DNA of 64,000 bases, from positions 657,396 through 721,395 of the forward strand of contig NC_057758.1 in assembly GCF_004010195.1 (NCBI RefSeq), in the 5' to 3' direction. Shown here one piece after another: positions 1-11,204 of the stretch. The notes under the pieces were generated by a model. That model was given only the letters and a program-made list of their open reading frames with translations. It made no database searches and had not been told where the DNA came from. Each line of letters begins with the position of its first letter. The first letter of the stretch is position 1. Position numbers and translations under genes: made by a program. The stretch is from Chiloscyllium plagiosum (lineage: Eukaryota).

Positions 1-330
1 CATAATTTCCTTGCCCCCATCTATAACTCTTGCCCTGTAGTGCACACTTATCCCTCTCCATCACTAGAGTAAAGGTCACCGAATTGTGGTCACTGTCCCC
101 AAAGTGCTCACCTACCTCTAATTCTAACACCTGGCCTGGTTCATTACCCAGAACCAAATCCAGTATGGCCTCACCTCTTGTTGGCCTATCTACATATTGT
201 GTCAGGAAACCCTCCTGCACACATTGGACAAACACTGACCCATCTAACGAACTTGAGCTATAGCTTTCCCAATCAATATCAGGAAAGTTAAAGTCCCCCA
301 TAACAACCACCCTATTACTTTCACTCTTCT
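1..330 (-). mobile_element. CR1 LINE ORF2 fragment, apurinic-like endonuclease domain
   Basis: Minus strand reads NRVVVMGDFNFPDIDW...QEGFLTQYVDRPTRGEAILDLVLGNEPGQV...GEHFGDSDHNSV, the CR1 EN motifs GDFN, LDL and SDH. Confidence 0.92.
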
Positions 331-334
331 CTTG

Positions 335-1860
335 AATTGCTCTCTCTCCCTATTCCTGACGTCGCCACCACATGGCACGTGTAAAAACATCTGCTTGTTC
401 TCGCCTTAAGCATCCAACCCGATTCCTTGAATTTCTGGCTTACTGCCCCACCCCTTTTCCGAACTAAATCGCCTATGTGGTCCAGCACTTCGGCCTGCTC
501 TCCCTCCTCCATACAGATCCCAAAAACATGATCCGAGACATCATGGTCTCTGGCATCTAGGAGACAAAACGCCAACATTGAGTCTCTCTCATTCCACAGC
601 ATATTTTCGATCTATTCCCCGAAGAATGAAGGCCCCAATGAATAATGATTTACTCTCTTCCCCCTTCTATTCTGAGGAACTGGGGCAGACTCTGTCCCAG
701 ATGCCTGCACCACATGGCTTATCACAATATGTCATCCCTCCCAATAGTATCCAAAATGGTATAATTATTATTGAGTGGTTTGGCCGCAGGGCTTCCCTGC
801 ACTGCCAGCCTGTTTTCCTTTCGTTTCCTGCCTATAACCTGAGGTGAGACTAGCTCACTGCAATTCTCCTCAATTACCCCCTTAGCCTCCCGAATTATAT
901 GAAGCTCATCCATCTCCAGCTCCAGCACCGAACGCGGTTTCTGGAGAGCTGGAGTTGGTGTAATTCCCGCAGATGAGACCAGCGGAGACACCAGTGGTGA
1001 CCCTTACTTCCCACATGCTTCAGGAGGTGAGTTCAACTGCCATAACATCCGTCAGCATTGTTCTTACTTCCTAAGGAAAACAACTAATAACATAACTAAT
1101 CGCTACAGGAGGAGGATGGGTGGGAGTCAATGCCTCAGTTCTGTTTCGGTTAAAGCAACCGCCCAAACCTCACTTTCTTAGCCGTCCCGTGCCCGCATGT
1201 GTTCAGCATATGTTTGGCTAATTCAGGCAATATGTTTTTAAAGGATTAATTTACCTTCCCGGCAGCTTGCGTTCCTCACTGTCGCTGCTATTGCTGCTCT
1301 TGCAAATCGAAGCCGCCGACTCTCGAGGTATGTCCTTTGAGAGGGATATTTACCTTCCTTGCAGCCTCTGGTCCTCCCTCTGACTGCTTCCGCTGTTTCT
1401 TCAAAAATGAACATTGCTCACTCTTGACGTATGCCATCTTAATAGAAAACTTTCCATCCTGGCAACCAACTGGTCCTCCCTCCCTCTGCTGGTGTAAATG
1501 AAAACTGCTGACTCTCGAGGTTTTCCCTTTTCGAGGAAATTTGCCTTCCCGGCAGCCCCTGGCACTCGCCTTCTTTGCTCTCGCTACTACTGCAAACACG
1601 GAGGCTGCTGACTCACGAGGCAAATCCTTTTAACAGGGTTTTTCTTCCCAGCAGCCACGTGTTCTTCACTCTCGCTGCTGCTCGAAATGGAGGCCGCTGA
1701 CTCTCGAGATAAGTCCTTTTAGAGGGAAACTTACTTTTCAACAGCTTAGTCCTCATTCTCACAGCTCCTGCAAAAGGAGGCCATTGACTCTCCAGGTAAG
1801 TCCTTTTAGAGATTAACCTACTTTCCCAAAAGACCCCTGGTCATTGCTCTCGCTGCTTTG
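335..1860 (-). mobile_element. Decayed CR1 5' portion: ORF1 (zinc finger/coiled coil/SGNH esterase remnant) plus probable 5'UTR with ~90-bp monomers
   Basis: ORF 722-991 reads ELEMDELHIIREAKGVIE...PLNNNYTILDT, like the CR1 ORF1 remnants at 39350 and 49087. Repeated gactc(t/a)cgagg-type units occur at 1318, 1510, 1610, 1699 and 1786. Confidence 0.7.
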
Positions 1861-1864
1861 GTAC

Positions 1865-2082
1865 ATATTAATAAATTGAAACCTACAACTCGTTATAAAA
1901 GATGAAAGACTTGACAGTGGTTTGCTCTATATATGGTTTCAGTTTTGACGTAACATTTTGCTATAAATTCTGTTTCTTAAGATCTTTCTCACAGCTACCT
2001 GGTAAAGGAGCAGAACTCTGTATGTTACTTCTTCCAAATAAACCAATTGGACTTTACCTAGTGTGGTGTGATTTTTAACTTA
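1865..2082 (+). mobile_element. Decayed Penelope-type terminal repeat (hammerhead core degenerate)
   Basis: acctggtaaaggagcagaactctg...cttccaaataaaccaattggactttacctagtgtggtgtgatttttaactt resembles the shark Penelope terminus ctgatgaaggagcagcgctccgaaagc...aataaacctgttggactataacctggtgttgtgtgatttttaactt (recalled consensus). Confidence 0.6.
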
Positions 2083-2109
2083 ATGAAATAAAGAGTACTA
2101 CTACATATC

Positions 2110-2470
2110 TGACTCACTGATACTATTTGAACGGACTATAAACAGACAAATTAGACGTAAAGCGGATGTTTCTTGATATGAAGCTATCTACAACTCGAGG
2201 TCAGAGTTTATGATAAGGAATATCGTTTTTAAGACAAAGGTGAGAAAAAGTGCTTATCTCAAAGTTAGTGAGTCTGTGATATTGACGATCCAGTTTGCGG
2301 TGGAAATGGGGCATTGATTAAATGTAAGGAAGAGGTAGAGCGATTTCTAATTAATAACCGATTGAAGGGAGCGGGCAGGTCAGTGAAGTTAAGGTTCACA
2401 TAAAAAAGCTACACTCATATTGAATGGCCAAGCAGTATCACGGCCGGAATGGGCTCCCTCTGCTCTTGGG
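2110..2470 (+). mobile_element. Old CR1 3' end
   Basis: Degenerate version of the TRGH.L.IRG..FKTE.R.NFF...VV.LW region and 3'UTR seen in other CR1 copies in this window. Confidence 0.55.
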
Positions 2471-3699
2471 TCGTCGCTTCTTCTGAACCTCAGTATGAAC
2501 AATTTACCGCATGGCCGGAATATGTGCAATAACAACTTCACGATCCTTTGATTCAGTCCCTCAATTTCTTTTTCCGTATGTGATTTCAGATACAAGAGCT
2601 AACAGTTGGAGGAATCGTAAAAACCTGGTGCCAAGTAAGGGGTGCCACAGATGATAATGAAGAATGGTTGATGGGTGAGCTGGGAGAAGTTACTGACCGG
2701 TGGCTGGAGGACCGACCAGAAGTGGCAGCAAGAGGGAAAACGTCAATGAAGAAATGACAAAACGCATTTGATCGAATAAGGAATCACTGATATTTACTTT
2801 TAAGGTGTAAAAGAGGTGATATGTATTACCGACAAAAGGAATGTTGGGTTTGTTTCGACGTTGATGCAATTTTGTGGGAGATCAGATTAAATGGGACGTA
2901 CTGGCCTTCTCAGTACCGTACCAATGGAATGATGAGAGGAATATATTCTTTTTAATATCGGGAGAATTGAATAATGCATCAGAAGCAATGAACTGCACAT
3001 GTATCAGGACATCGAAGGTCACGAATGATAACTTTCACATTGACTATTGAGTATCTCACAGGTCCGAAATACACTCAGTCCGCAGACTCTCTCTTTTGGC
3101 GTTCAAGAGGCATTTTCTCTTTCATAGTTGCGCACCCACGATAGTGATTGGCTGCATCTTAGTTGTGTGAATGGGACAGCTCGATAACCAAAGCCATCAG
3201 AGATGGAATGCATGCTTCACCCAGACTTATCATATTTAAATCAGGTAGAGAAAAGTCTGAAGCGGAGAGAATACCATGGATTTCTGCCTTTAAAGAAGCA
3301 AACAAACAGCTGAGCACATTCTCCAATCAAACCTGCTGTACCATCATTGAAAGATTTATTCAAAACTTTTCATTTCCTCCATTAATTTGTATTTTATCTT
3401 TATTTTACTTCTTATCTCAAACATTTAAATTCCTCTGTGCCAGGAAATTTCCAGCTCAAAGTTCAATGTCATTGACAAGAGTAGATTCTACATCACACAA
3501 AATGGCAACACCACGACTCCCTAATATTTCCCTCCATGACACTGGAATGTCCGCAAGGTAAATCATTCCGACTATCAAAATAAGGCGTTCCATTTCTAAA
3601 CAAAGTTTATTATTTGGCTGATTCTTTTCCTCCATTGCTTTCACGATGGGATATCAATGACAATTGTGAAACTGTTAGGGACGCTGATATTGTTTAGAA

Positions 3700-3852
3700 T
3701 ACTTAGAATCCGTCCAGCGTGGAAACACCATTTTGCCCAACAAGTCCACATGTATTCCCCTATTAATCGACATTTACCCTTAACTAATGCACCTACGTGA
3801 CACATCCCTGGACACTTTGAGCAATTTAACACAGTCAATTCACCGAAACGAC
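3700..3852 (-). mobile_element. Decayed HE1/V-SINE 3' half
   Basis: Reverse complement resembles the 3' half of the SINE at 19679-19975 (ggtgaattg...taaattgc...gtaaatgt...gtggacttgttgggc...gtttccac). Confidence 0.6.
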
Positions 3853-5113
3853 GTGAGTTTAGTCCGGCACCCTGCATTTGTAAGGCAGCAGAGCAAACAA
3901 CTAAGCTCCTGCGCCGCCCACATTTATTTAATTATTGTCCTGCATTTTATTCATTCTCCTGTATCACAGTTACAAGGACTCACAACTTCAAGACTGTCAG
4001 CAAGAGAGCTAGGAGTGAAATGAGGTTTATTTTCTTCACTTAGATTTGGAATGCACTTCCCGGGAGAACAGTGGTGTGGATTGCAATGCAAGTTTCAAAA
4101 GGGAGCTGACATAGAATTGAAAGTGAAGGAAACAGAAGGTTACAAGGGCAAGGTTGTAGAATGTGATCACCTTGGGCCCAGTAAGACACGATGGATGGAA
4201 CGACCTTCTCCTATAATTCTATAATTATATGATTCTAAAGTGGAAACGTTGCTGAAGAGCTCAAAACAGGAATGCGGTTTCGGGATCAGAAGTGGAAATG
4301 TATCAGAACAGGAACCTGGTTGAAAGGTTGCAACGTTTTTGGAATATGGTTCAGAGGCCAGAGTTGGCAACAAACTCAAGGGATGAAAACTGGAAAAAGT
4401 TTCAATGGTCAGAACTGGAAAGGTGTCAGGGTATCTGAAGTGGGAAGGAGTTCAGAGGTTGAGAACTAGAAACGGGTCATGAGTCGGAATATTGAAGTAA
4501 GGACGGGAGCAGAGGAACTTTCAGGTTCATGTATATGATTCTCTGAAAATGGCCAGGCAAGGTGAAAGCGTTGTTAAGAAGGCTTATGTGATATTTGTAA
4601 ATATGGGCATAGTNNNNNNNNNNNNNNNNNNNNNNNNNNNNNNNNNNNNNNNNNNNNNNNNNNNNNNNNNNNNNNNNNNNNNNNNNNNNNNNNNNNNNNN
4701 NNNNNNNNNNNNNNNNNNNNNNNNNNNNNNNNNNNNNNNNNNNNNNNNNNNNNNNNNNNNNNNNNNNNNNNNNNNNNNNNNNNNNNNNNNNNNNNNNNNN
4801 NNNNNNNNNNNNNNNNNNNNNNNNNNNNNNNNNNNNNNNNNNNNNNNNNNNNNNNNNNNNNNNNNNNNNNNNNNNNNNNNNNNNNNNNNNNNNNNNNNNN
4901 NNNNNNNNNNNNNNNNNNNNNNNNNNNNNNNNNNNNNNNNNNNNNNNNNNNNNNNNNNNNNNNNNNNNNNNNNNNNNNNNNNNNNNNNNNNNNNNNNNNN
5001 NNNNNNNNNNNNNNNNNNNNNNNNNNNNNNNNNNNNNNNNNNNNNNNNNNNNNNNNNNNNNNNNNNNNNNNNNNNNNNNNNNNNNNNNNNNNNNNNNNNN
5101 NNNNNNNNNNNNN

Positions 5114-5458
5114 AAGCACCAATCGGGGGTAAAAAATCCAGTCGTCGACTGGCTGAACGCCACTTTTGGGAGATGGGGGACTCTGCTAGGGCAGCTGGCA
5201 ATGGGGGTGTGCATCTCAGTAGTTATTCTTGTCACTTGCGGGTGTTGCTGCATTCCGTGTATCAGGACACTGGTAACACGCACTATTGATCGTGCCCTAT
5301 CAGGAATAGATGCCTCCTCGCCCGCATACCAGGCGGTGATGCTGGACCGGCCTCCAGCTGAAACTGCCCAGCGAGAGGGTACGCTCCAAAACCCGCACAT
5401 GTTACATGCGACATCACGGGTAATGAGTCGCAAGACTATCTACGATTTTCCACTGTAA
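5114..5458 (+). mobile_element. env: Endogenous retrovirus env C-terminus (TM membrane-proximal region, membrane anchor, cytoplasmic tail); class I, epsilon/gamma-like
   Basis: Open frame from the gap edge: KHQSGVKNPVVDWLNATFGRWGTLLGQLAMGVCISVVILVTCGCCCIPCIRTLVTRTIDRAL...DFPL*. The SG..NP...W....FG.W and CGCCCIPCIR.L motifs are typical of fish class I ERV Env. Confidence 0.88.
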
Positions 5459-6148
5459 CCCTAGTGCCCGATTCCCTCACTTTCACCCGGGTGTGGGTAC
5501 TGTATTCCACAGACCCCGGGCTGTGTCATCTGTCCGTTTAAATCGGGAACTCACCCGGCTTTAACCTCAAAGGGCCCTAGCTGTCTACACAGCCGACGGC
5601 CTGTGGTGAAATTGCAAGAGTTCTCGGTAATCACTTTTCAAGTGCCTTTAATATGTTTACACAGCTGGCGGGCTGCGGGGGAACTCCTGCTGATTCGAGT
5701 TCTTAAATCCTAGAAAGTTTACTCAGCTGTCAGCCGGATTGCCTCTGCGTGGGGGTAATTGCAAGTGACGGGATACTTGCGGTTTATAATGATTTTTTCT
5801 CAAGTGGGGGCGGGATACTTGCGGTTTATAATGTTTTTTTTCCTTTCTCTCATGGATAGAAACAGATGCTGTAGTTTGCGTGCATGTCCGTTCCCGGTAG
5901 ACGGGGGACTATCGTTAATGTACGGCAATTCACACTGCTCACGGTGACAGGTCTATTTTAGGTTCATCTATTTCCGTAGGGTACTGGGTTCCAATAGGTG
6001 TGTGCTTATGTTTTTTTTTCCCTACTACTACCCAATACTATCCCTTCTCCCTCAGTGTAACATCTGCTGTTCAAAAAAAATATGATAAACCCCTTCCATG
6101 TTAGTTTTGCCCACCTACATTGGCAGCACTTTGACTTTGAAAGATTGC

Positions 6149-7665
6149 AGCGACTAGGCTTGGTATACGCTTGAGTTTAGAAGGCTGAAAGGGGATCTGA
6201 TAGAGACTGTTGGGGAGATTTCACTGGGGTGTTTTGATCGGATTGCCACTGCCCGGCTCTGTCCTCAGCGGCAACTAGATGGAGGTTGCTGTCCGTTACT
6301 GACTGGAGGTTATCCAGTGGCAGAAGAGTCTCCTCGGCCACGGGTCAGCCTGGCACAGGTGCAATTGCGCTGTGCACTCGGAGGAGATTGCCTCCGACCA
6401 CATGGCCTGCAGTACATACATCAGACGCCTGGACGGGCCTGCAGGCCTGTGAACCATTCTGGCCGGCGGGAAGGCCGGGGCACAGTACACTGTTCCAATG
6501 GGTTTCCGATCGCTGGCGTGTACCTGACTGCGGGCAGTATGCCCTTACACCTTCTCGTTTGTTTTAAAAGGAAACACGAGACAAAACACACACCACCGTA
6601 GCGAATGGGCATTTACACTTGGGACTCCTTTTTTTTTGGACAGCAGACGTGGCACCCTATGTAATTTACTTTCCCCCTTCCAGCCCTCTTACGTTCGTTA
6701 CTGTTTACATGAGTTGGTGTGGCCTCAGTAGAGGCCAAGGGAGGGAATGTTGGGGAGATTTCACTGCGGTGTTTAATGTAGGGCTAGGGAGGGTGACACT
6801 TCCAGCCCTGAAATGGTTAACAACAGCCAAGCGAGCTGCTGCAGGCGANNNNNNNNNNNNNNNNNNNNNNNNNNNNNNNNNNNNNNNNNNNNNNNNNNNN
6901 NNNNNNNNNNNNNNNNNNNNNNNNNNNNNNNNNNNNNNNNNNNNNNNNNNNNNNNNNNNNNNNNNNNNNNNNNNNNNNNNNNNNNNNNNNNNNNNNNNNN
7001 NNNNNNNNNNNNNNNNNNNNNNNNNNNNNNNNNNNNNNNNNNNNNNNNNNNNNNNNNNNNNNNNNNNNNNNNNNNNNNNNNNNNNNNNNNNNNNNNNNNN
7101 NNNNNNNNNNNNNNNNNNNNNNNNNNNNGAAGGCAGAACGCCTTCTCCAACGAATGCATGCTTGTAGATTCGTTGTACCAGTTAAGATTCTGTGAATAAA
7201 CTGCTGTCTGCGTCTAACCATAGTTGCCAGTGTGAGTCTCTCCTTCCGAAAGAACACGCAAAGACGGGACCCCGCGGGTCCGTCTTAACAAGACATATAA
7301 GATTATTAAAAGATTGGACAATCTGGAGGCAATAAACGTATTTCCGCCGATGGGTGAGTCCCAAACCAGAGGACACAGTATAAAAATAAGGGGTAGGCCA
7401 CTTAGAACAGAGTTGCGGAGAAACTTCTTCACCCAGCGAGTGGTGGGTGTATGGAATACTCTGCCCCTGAAGGCTGTGGAGGCCCAGTCTCTCGATGCTT
7501 TCAAGAAAGAGTTGGATAGAGCTCTTAAGGATAGTGGAATCAAAGGTTATGGGGATAAGGCAGGAACAGGATACTGATTGAGGATGATCAGCCATGATCA
7601 TAATGAATAGTGGTGTTGGCTCGAAGGGCAGAATGACCTACTCCTGCTCCTATTGTCTACTGGCT
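6149..7665 (+). mobile_element. CR1 3' end (6149-6207 and 7291-7665), interrupted by the ERV
   Basis: Reads LEFRRLKGDLIET|YKIIK...GESQTRGHSIKIRGRPLRTELRRNFFTQRVVGVWNTLP, followed by the CR1 3'UTR. Confidence 0.9.
6208..7290 (+). mobile_element. ERV insertion: LTR start at 6208, internal 3' region, PPT 6737-6747, 3' LTR 6748-7290
   Basis: TG...CA ends (tgttggggag...cttaaca). 4-bp TSD AGAC at 6204-6207 and 7291-7294, splitting the CR1 sequence gatctgatagagac|atataagatt. PPT aagggagggaa. AATAAA at 7195-7200. U5 hairpin at 7261-7286. The LTR contains an N gap. Confidence 0.88.
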
Positions 7666-7779
7666 CTTGTCTACGTCTACCTCATGCACAATAGCAGTAG
7701 TCTCCCCGCAAATGCCCGCGTATTGCAGCAACAGACTTTTCAAATGCATTCTTTGGAACTGAGACAGATAGTCTACTAA

Positions 7780-10700
7780 ACTACCTCACTTTCCAACGAC
7801 TTCCTCATTGTTTAACGCATTTTGAGACACATAACATTTCACAATATCTGAATGTTATTCCTCACTCCGCAGGGCTGTAACTAATATCTGTTTCTCCAGC
7901 AATTCTTTCTCGGTCATTATAAGACGGTTTCAACATATTCACATGGCATATGCGATACAGTTTATTGTTTCCCTTTCTGACATCTTCACCAGATAGTTTA
8001 CCTTGCTCAACCTTTTTTTTCTTAATTTGATAAGCACCACTAAACTTGACTTTGAAGAGATCTCCTACTACATGTAACAATGCGATTGCATCATCTCCAC
8101 CGGAAAATTGTTCGAATTTCAGTGGTTTTTTATCTGAAACATGCTTCCTTCTATGCTGTAACCTACGCTGTGCTCTGTTTAGTTAACACAATCAGTCCCT
8201 CCCTCACATCTGGTATATAATCCAAGTGTGAGATCTCCGAGTTCTGTCCAGTCAATTTATCTTTAATTTCAAATTGACTCTCTTTTCATTTTCTAATATT
8301 AACGCAAAGGGAGTAAACTGAGCAGATTCGTTTGGGGCAACTTTAAGACAAACAGCACAGGTTTGATACATTTATTCCAATGATTCTGCTAATCCAGAGA
8401 GTGTGTTATTCCTGATACCATTGGGATTCAGGGAGACACGCACTTGATTTAAAGTGCTGTACAACGAAGCTATCTATGACTTTCTTTCTGATCCTAGCAA
8501 TAAAGTTGGATCCTTGGACTGATTGAACGTCTCTGAGTAGTCCACACCTCGTGAAGAAACCTAATAAGTCCTTTGTCATCCTTTTTGCCTCAATACTCCG
8601 TAATGGAAATGCCTCCGGACATATTTTCATCACATCCATTATGTTTAGCGAGTACTGGTTCCCACTTTGAGTTCTCGGGAGGGGACCTACAGAATCAATA
8701 AGAACTCACATGAAATATTCTTTAAATGCGGGAATTGGTAAGAAAGACGCCCGTGCCTTTCCTACCAGTTGGCATGTATATCATGTACAGCAAAAGTTAA
8801 CCACATCCGTGTGTATTCCAAGTCAATAGAAATGTTTTTTGTAAAATTGCCCGAATCTTCCAATCACCTTGCTGACCTCCTTCTGGTATGTTTTTTGTAA
8901 AATTGCCCGAATCTTCCAATCACCTTGCTGACCTCCTTCTGGTAGCTCATGTTCTACCGACAACACAGCGGGTGCACTTCTGCCCATTTCTCTTCTGCAG
9001 TAACCTCTCGTGGTCTCCATGTTCGCCTTAGGGTTCTATATTATAGATAACAATACTCAGGAATATTCTCTCCCTCAATTTCTGAGTATGCATCAACATA
9101 TATTTTATTTAATGTCTCGTCTTTCTGTTGTACCTCCATTTGCCTTCCAGGAGTAATCACTTCTGCCTGACCCTCTACCTGTTCAGGTTTTTCCTGCACC
9201 ATTTCGCCAAACAGGGTGTCCACTAACGGAATGTCAATTCCTTTGTCTTTCTCTTTAGGTTTGGAACTTTAGTTTCTGGAACTGGCACTGTCAATTATTC
9301 CACTGTTACTTCCTTAGTCTTGAGTTGGCACTCCAACCTGATCTTACATAGGGGAACGCTAAAGTTCTCTCCATCTACCCCTCAAATTAAAACTGTTTCC
9401 GGTAGCAGGTCAGCAAGAGTGTAAATACGGCCATCTCTTACTATTTGATGTTGGTTAAATCCTGCAGCCCTCGGTATTATAGCTTATTTCACTTCTTCAC
9501 CTTACTTTCTCAGTATATTTTACACACAGAAATGAATTCTTCAAAGAGATCAGGCACTTACTTCATACACAGCCCTTCCCACGGCTGTGCACTCTCGTGA
9601 AGCTCCTCGTCTTTTCTTGGGGTTTCCATTTCCACTTTCACTTTGCCACTGGCTTGACCTCTTTGACCACACCTTTTTGCAGTGTCCTTCCTTAACGACC
9701 ATCACTGTGACTTTACGTATCCAATTTTATCACCTGAGGCATTTTATCCTGAGGCATTACAATTCATTTTCACCCTATTGGGATTCCTTTTTAACCTGTG
9801 GCAAACAATTGCCAGTGCTCTCCACTCTTTGCTTGTAGTGTAGGATCTCCCATTCTCCCAATTTCTATCCGTCACAGGGTAAAATTCTTGCTGGAAGCTC
9901 AATTTTGTCTTTGCAAAAATATATGTATGTCTGCCACCTCTTTTGCTCTTCTTGTTTCTGGAACGTTCCCTTCATCCAACTGAATTCTTATCATCTCTGG
10001 AAGTGAGTTTTCAATCTCCTCAAGCAGAATATTCCCTCTTAGAGCCTAATAGATTGTCTGTAGTTTGAAGTCCGCACCCATCTGCCAAAATTCCGATATC
10101 CAAGTCTTTCATACTCAACATAACTCTGGACAGGTTCCTTCTTTATGTTTCTGAACCACGATATATACTCTTCTGCTACCTAAGTACTCAAAATAGCCTC
10201 TTAATAATATTTTGATCCCTCATCTGACAGCGCTCCAAATACCTCTCTGTCTCTGCCCACCAGTTTAGTCTGAACTACCCTTATCCACAAGTTCTCTGAC
10301 CACTCCAACTGCCAAGCTAATTTTTCAACTGAAATTAAGAAGCTTCGACATTTTTCTCATCAAAATATGGCACTATTTTAACACACTTGTACATGTCACT
10401 ACATTCTCTTGTCATCTCTATCCTGTGTATTTGACTTTGATGTCAAATTCACAATTTCTGACGTTCAAACTCTCTCTCCATCTCTCTTTCTTTTCTCTCT
10501 TTTTCACTCTTCCTTACTTTTCTCTCCCCAACCACCCCAAACCCCCACCCCTCACTCTCTCTTTGCTCTCTCTCTCGTTCTCTTTCTCTTTCCTTTTCTT
10601 TATCTTCAAACTCAATTTTCGTCAATTGCAATTTCGGTTTTTCAAACTCGACAGGACTTGTCTGTGTCTCTGACACACACAAGTGCTTGAGTAACTCCCT

Positions 10701-11196
10701 TACATTTTCAGATTTACTTTTCTCCTTTGTTGATCCCAATTCTAACCTCTTTGTTAATTCCAAAGGTATGAATTTTACTTTCCTTTCTCAATTTTCTTGG
10801 CAAATTCGTGAATCATCTTCAAACCCGAGAACCTCTTTAGCAATTCATAGAAGATTCTACATAGAACGTCACAGTGCAGTACAGGCCATTCGGCCCTCGA
10901 TGGTGCGCCGACCTGTGAAATTAATCTGATGCCCATCTAAACTACACCATTCCATTATTATCTATATGTATGTCTAATGTCCATTTCTATTCCTTTCAAT
11001 TTAACCAACTCCAAACCAACGAAGGTGAAAGAAATGTCTCCTCTACGTTTTTTTTTTCAAACCTTCTAGGGCACTAATTGGCAAGTGTTTAAATATGATG
11101 GAATTTTTCCTACCCCAAATCTGTTCAACTCAGTCCAAATCTTAGACTGTATTTGTTTAAAACTATACCAGTCACGGGCCGATCCCCAAAACTGTT
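7780..11196 (-). mobile_element. Decayed Gmr1-like Gypsy LTR retrotransposon (PBS, SCAN-type gag, protease, integrase; RT not recognisable)
   Basis: Integrase motifs CPEAFPLRSI...FFTRCGL...QGSNF, KFSGAYQI and RICHVNMLK. Gag coiled coil at 10449-10763 and SCAN-like LLEEIENSLP. LTR end taaca followed by a degenerate tRNA-Pro PBS (ttggggatcggcccg) at ~11175-11196. Integrase directly follows protease. 55-bp internal tandem duplication at 8836-8944. Confidence 0.82.
10845..10988 (-). mobile_element. Short CR1 3' tail inserted in the Gypsy leader
   Basis: catagaa...caggccattcggccctcgatggtgcgccgacc is the reverse complement of the CR1 3'UTR and tail. Confidence 0.8.
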
Positions 11197-11204
11197 ACTT
11201 TCTA

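Noticed and set aside
4240..4530. Degenerate ~23-bp repeat (agaactggaaagg-like)
   Set aside because: It is weak, irregular low-complexity sequence with no further structure.
4477..5433. Long ORFs spanning N runs (also 6619-7257, 12448-13276, 28190-29182, 45321-46041)
   Set aside because: Their length is an artefact of assembly gaps translated as X.
10449..10763. Glu/Arg/Lys-rich host coiled-coil protein
   Set aside because: It is part of the Gypsy gag N-terminus expanded by GA microsatellite.
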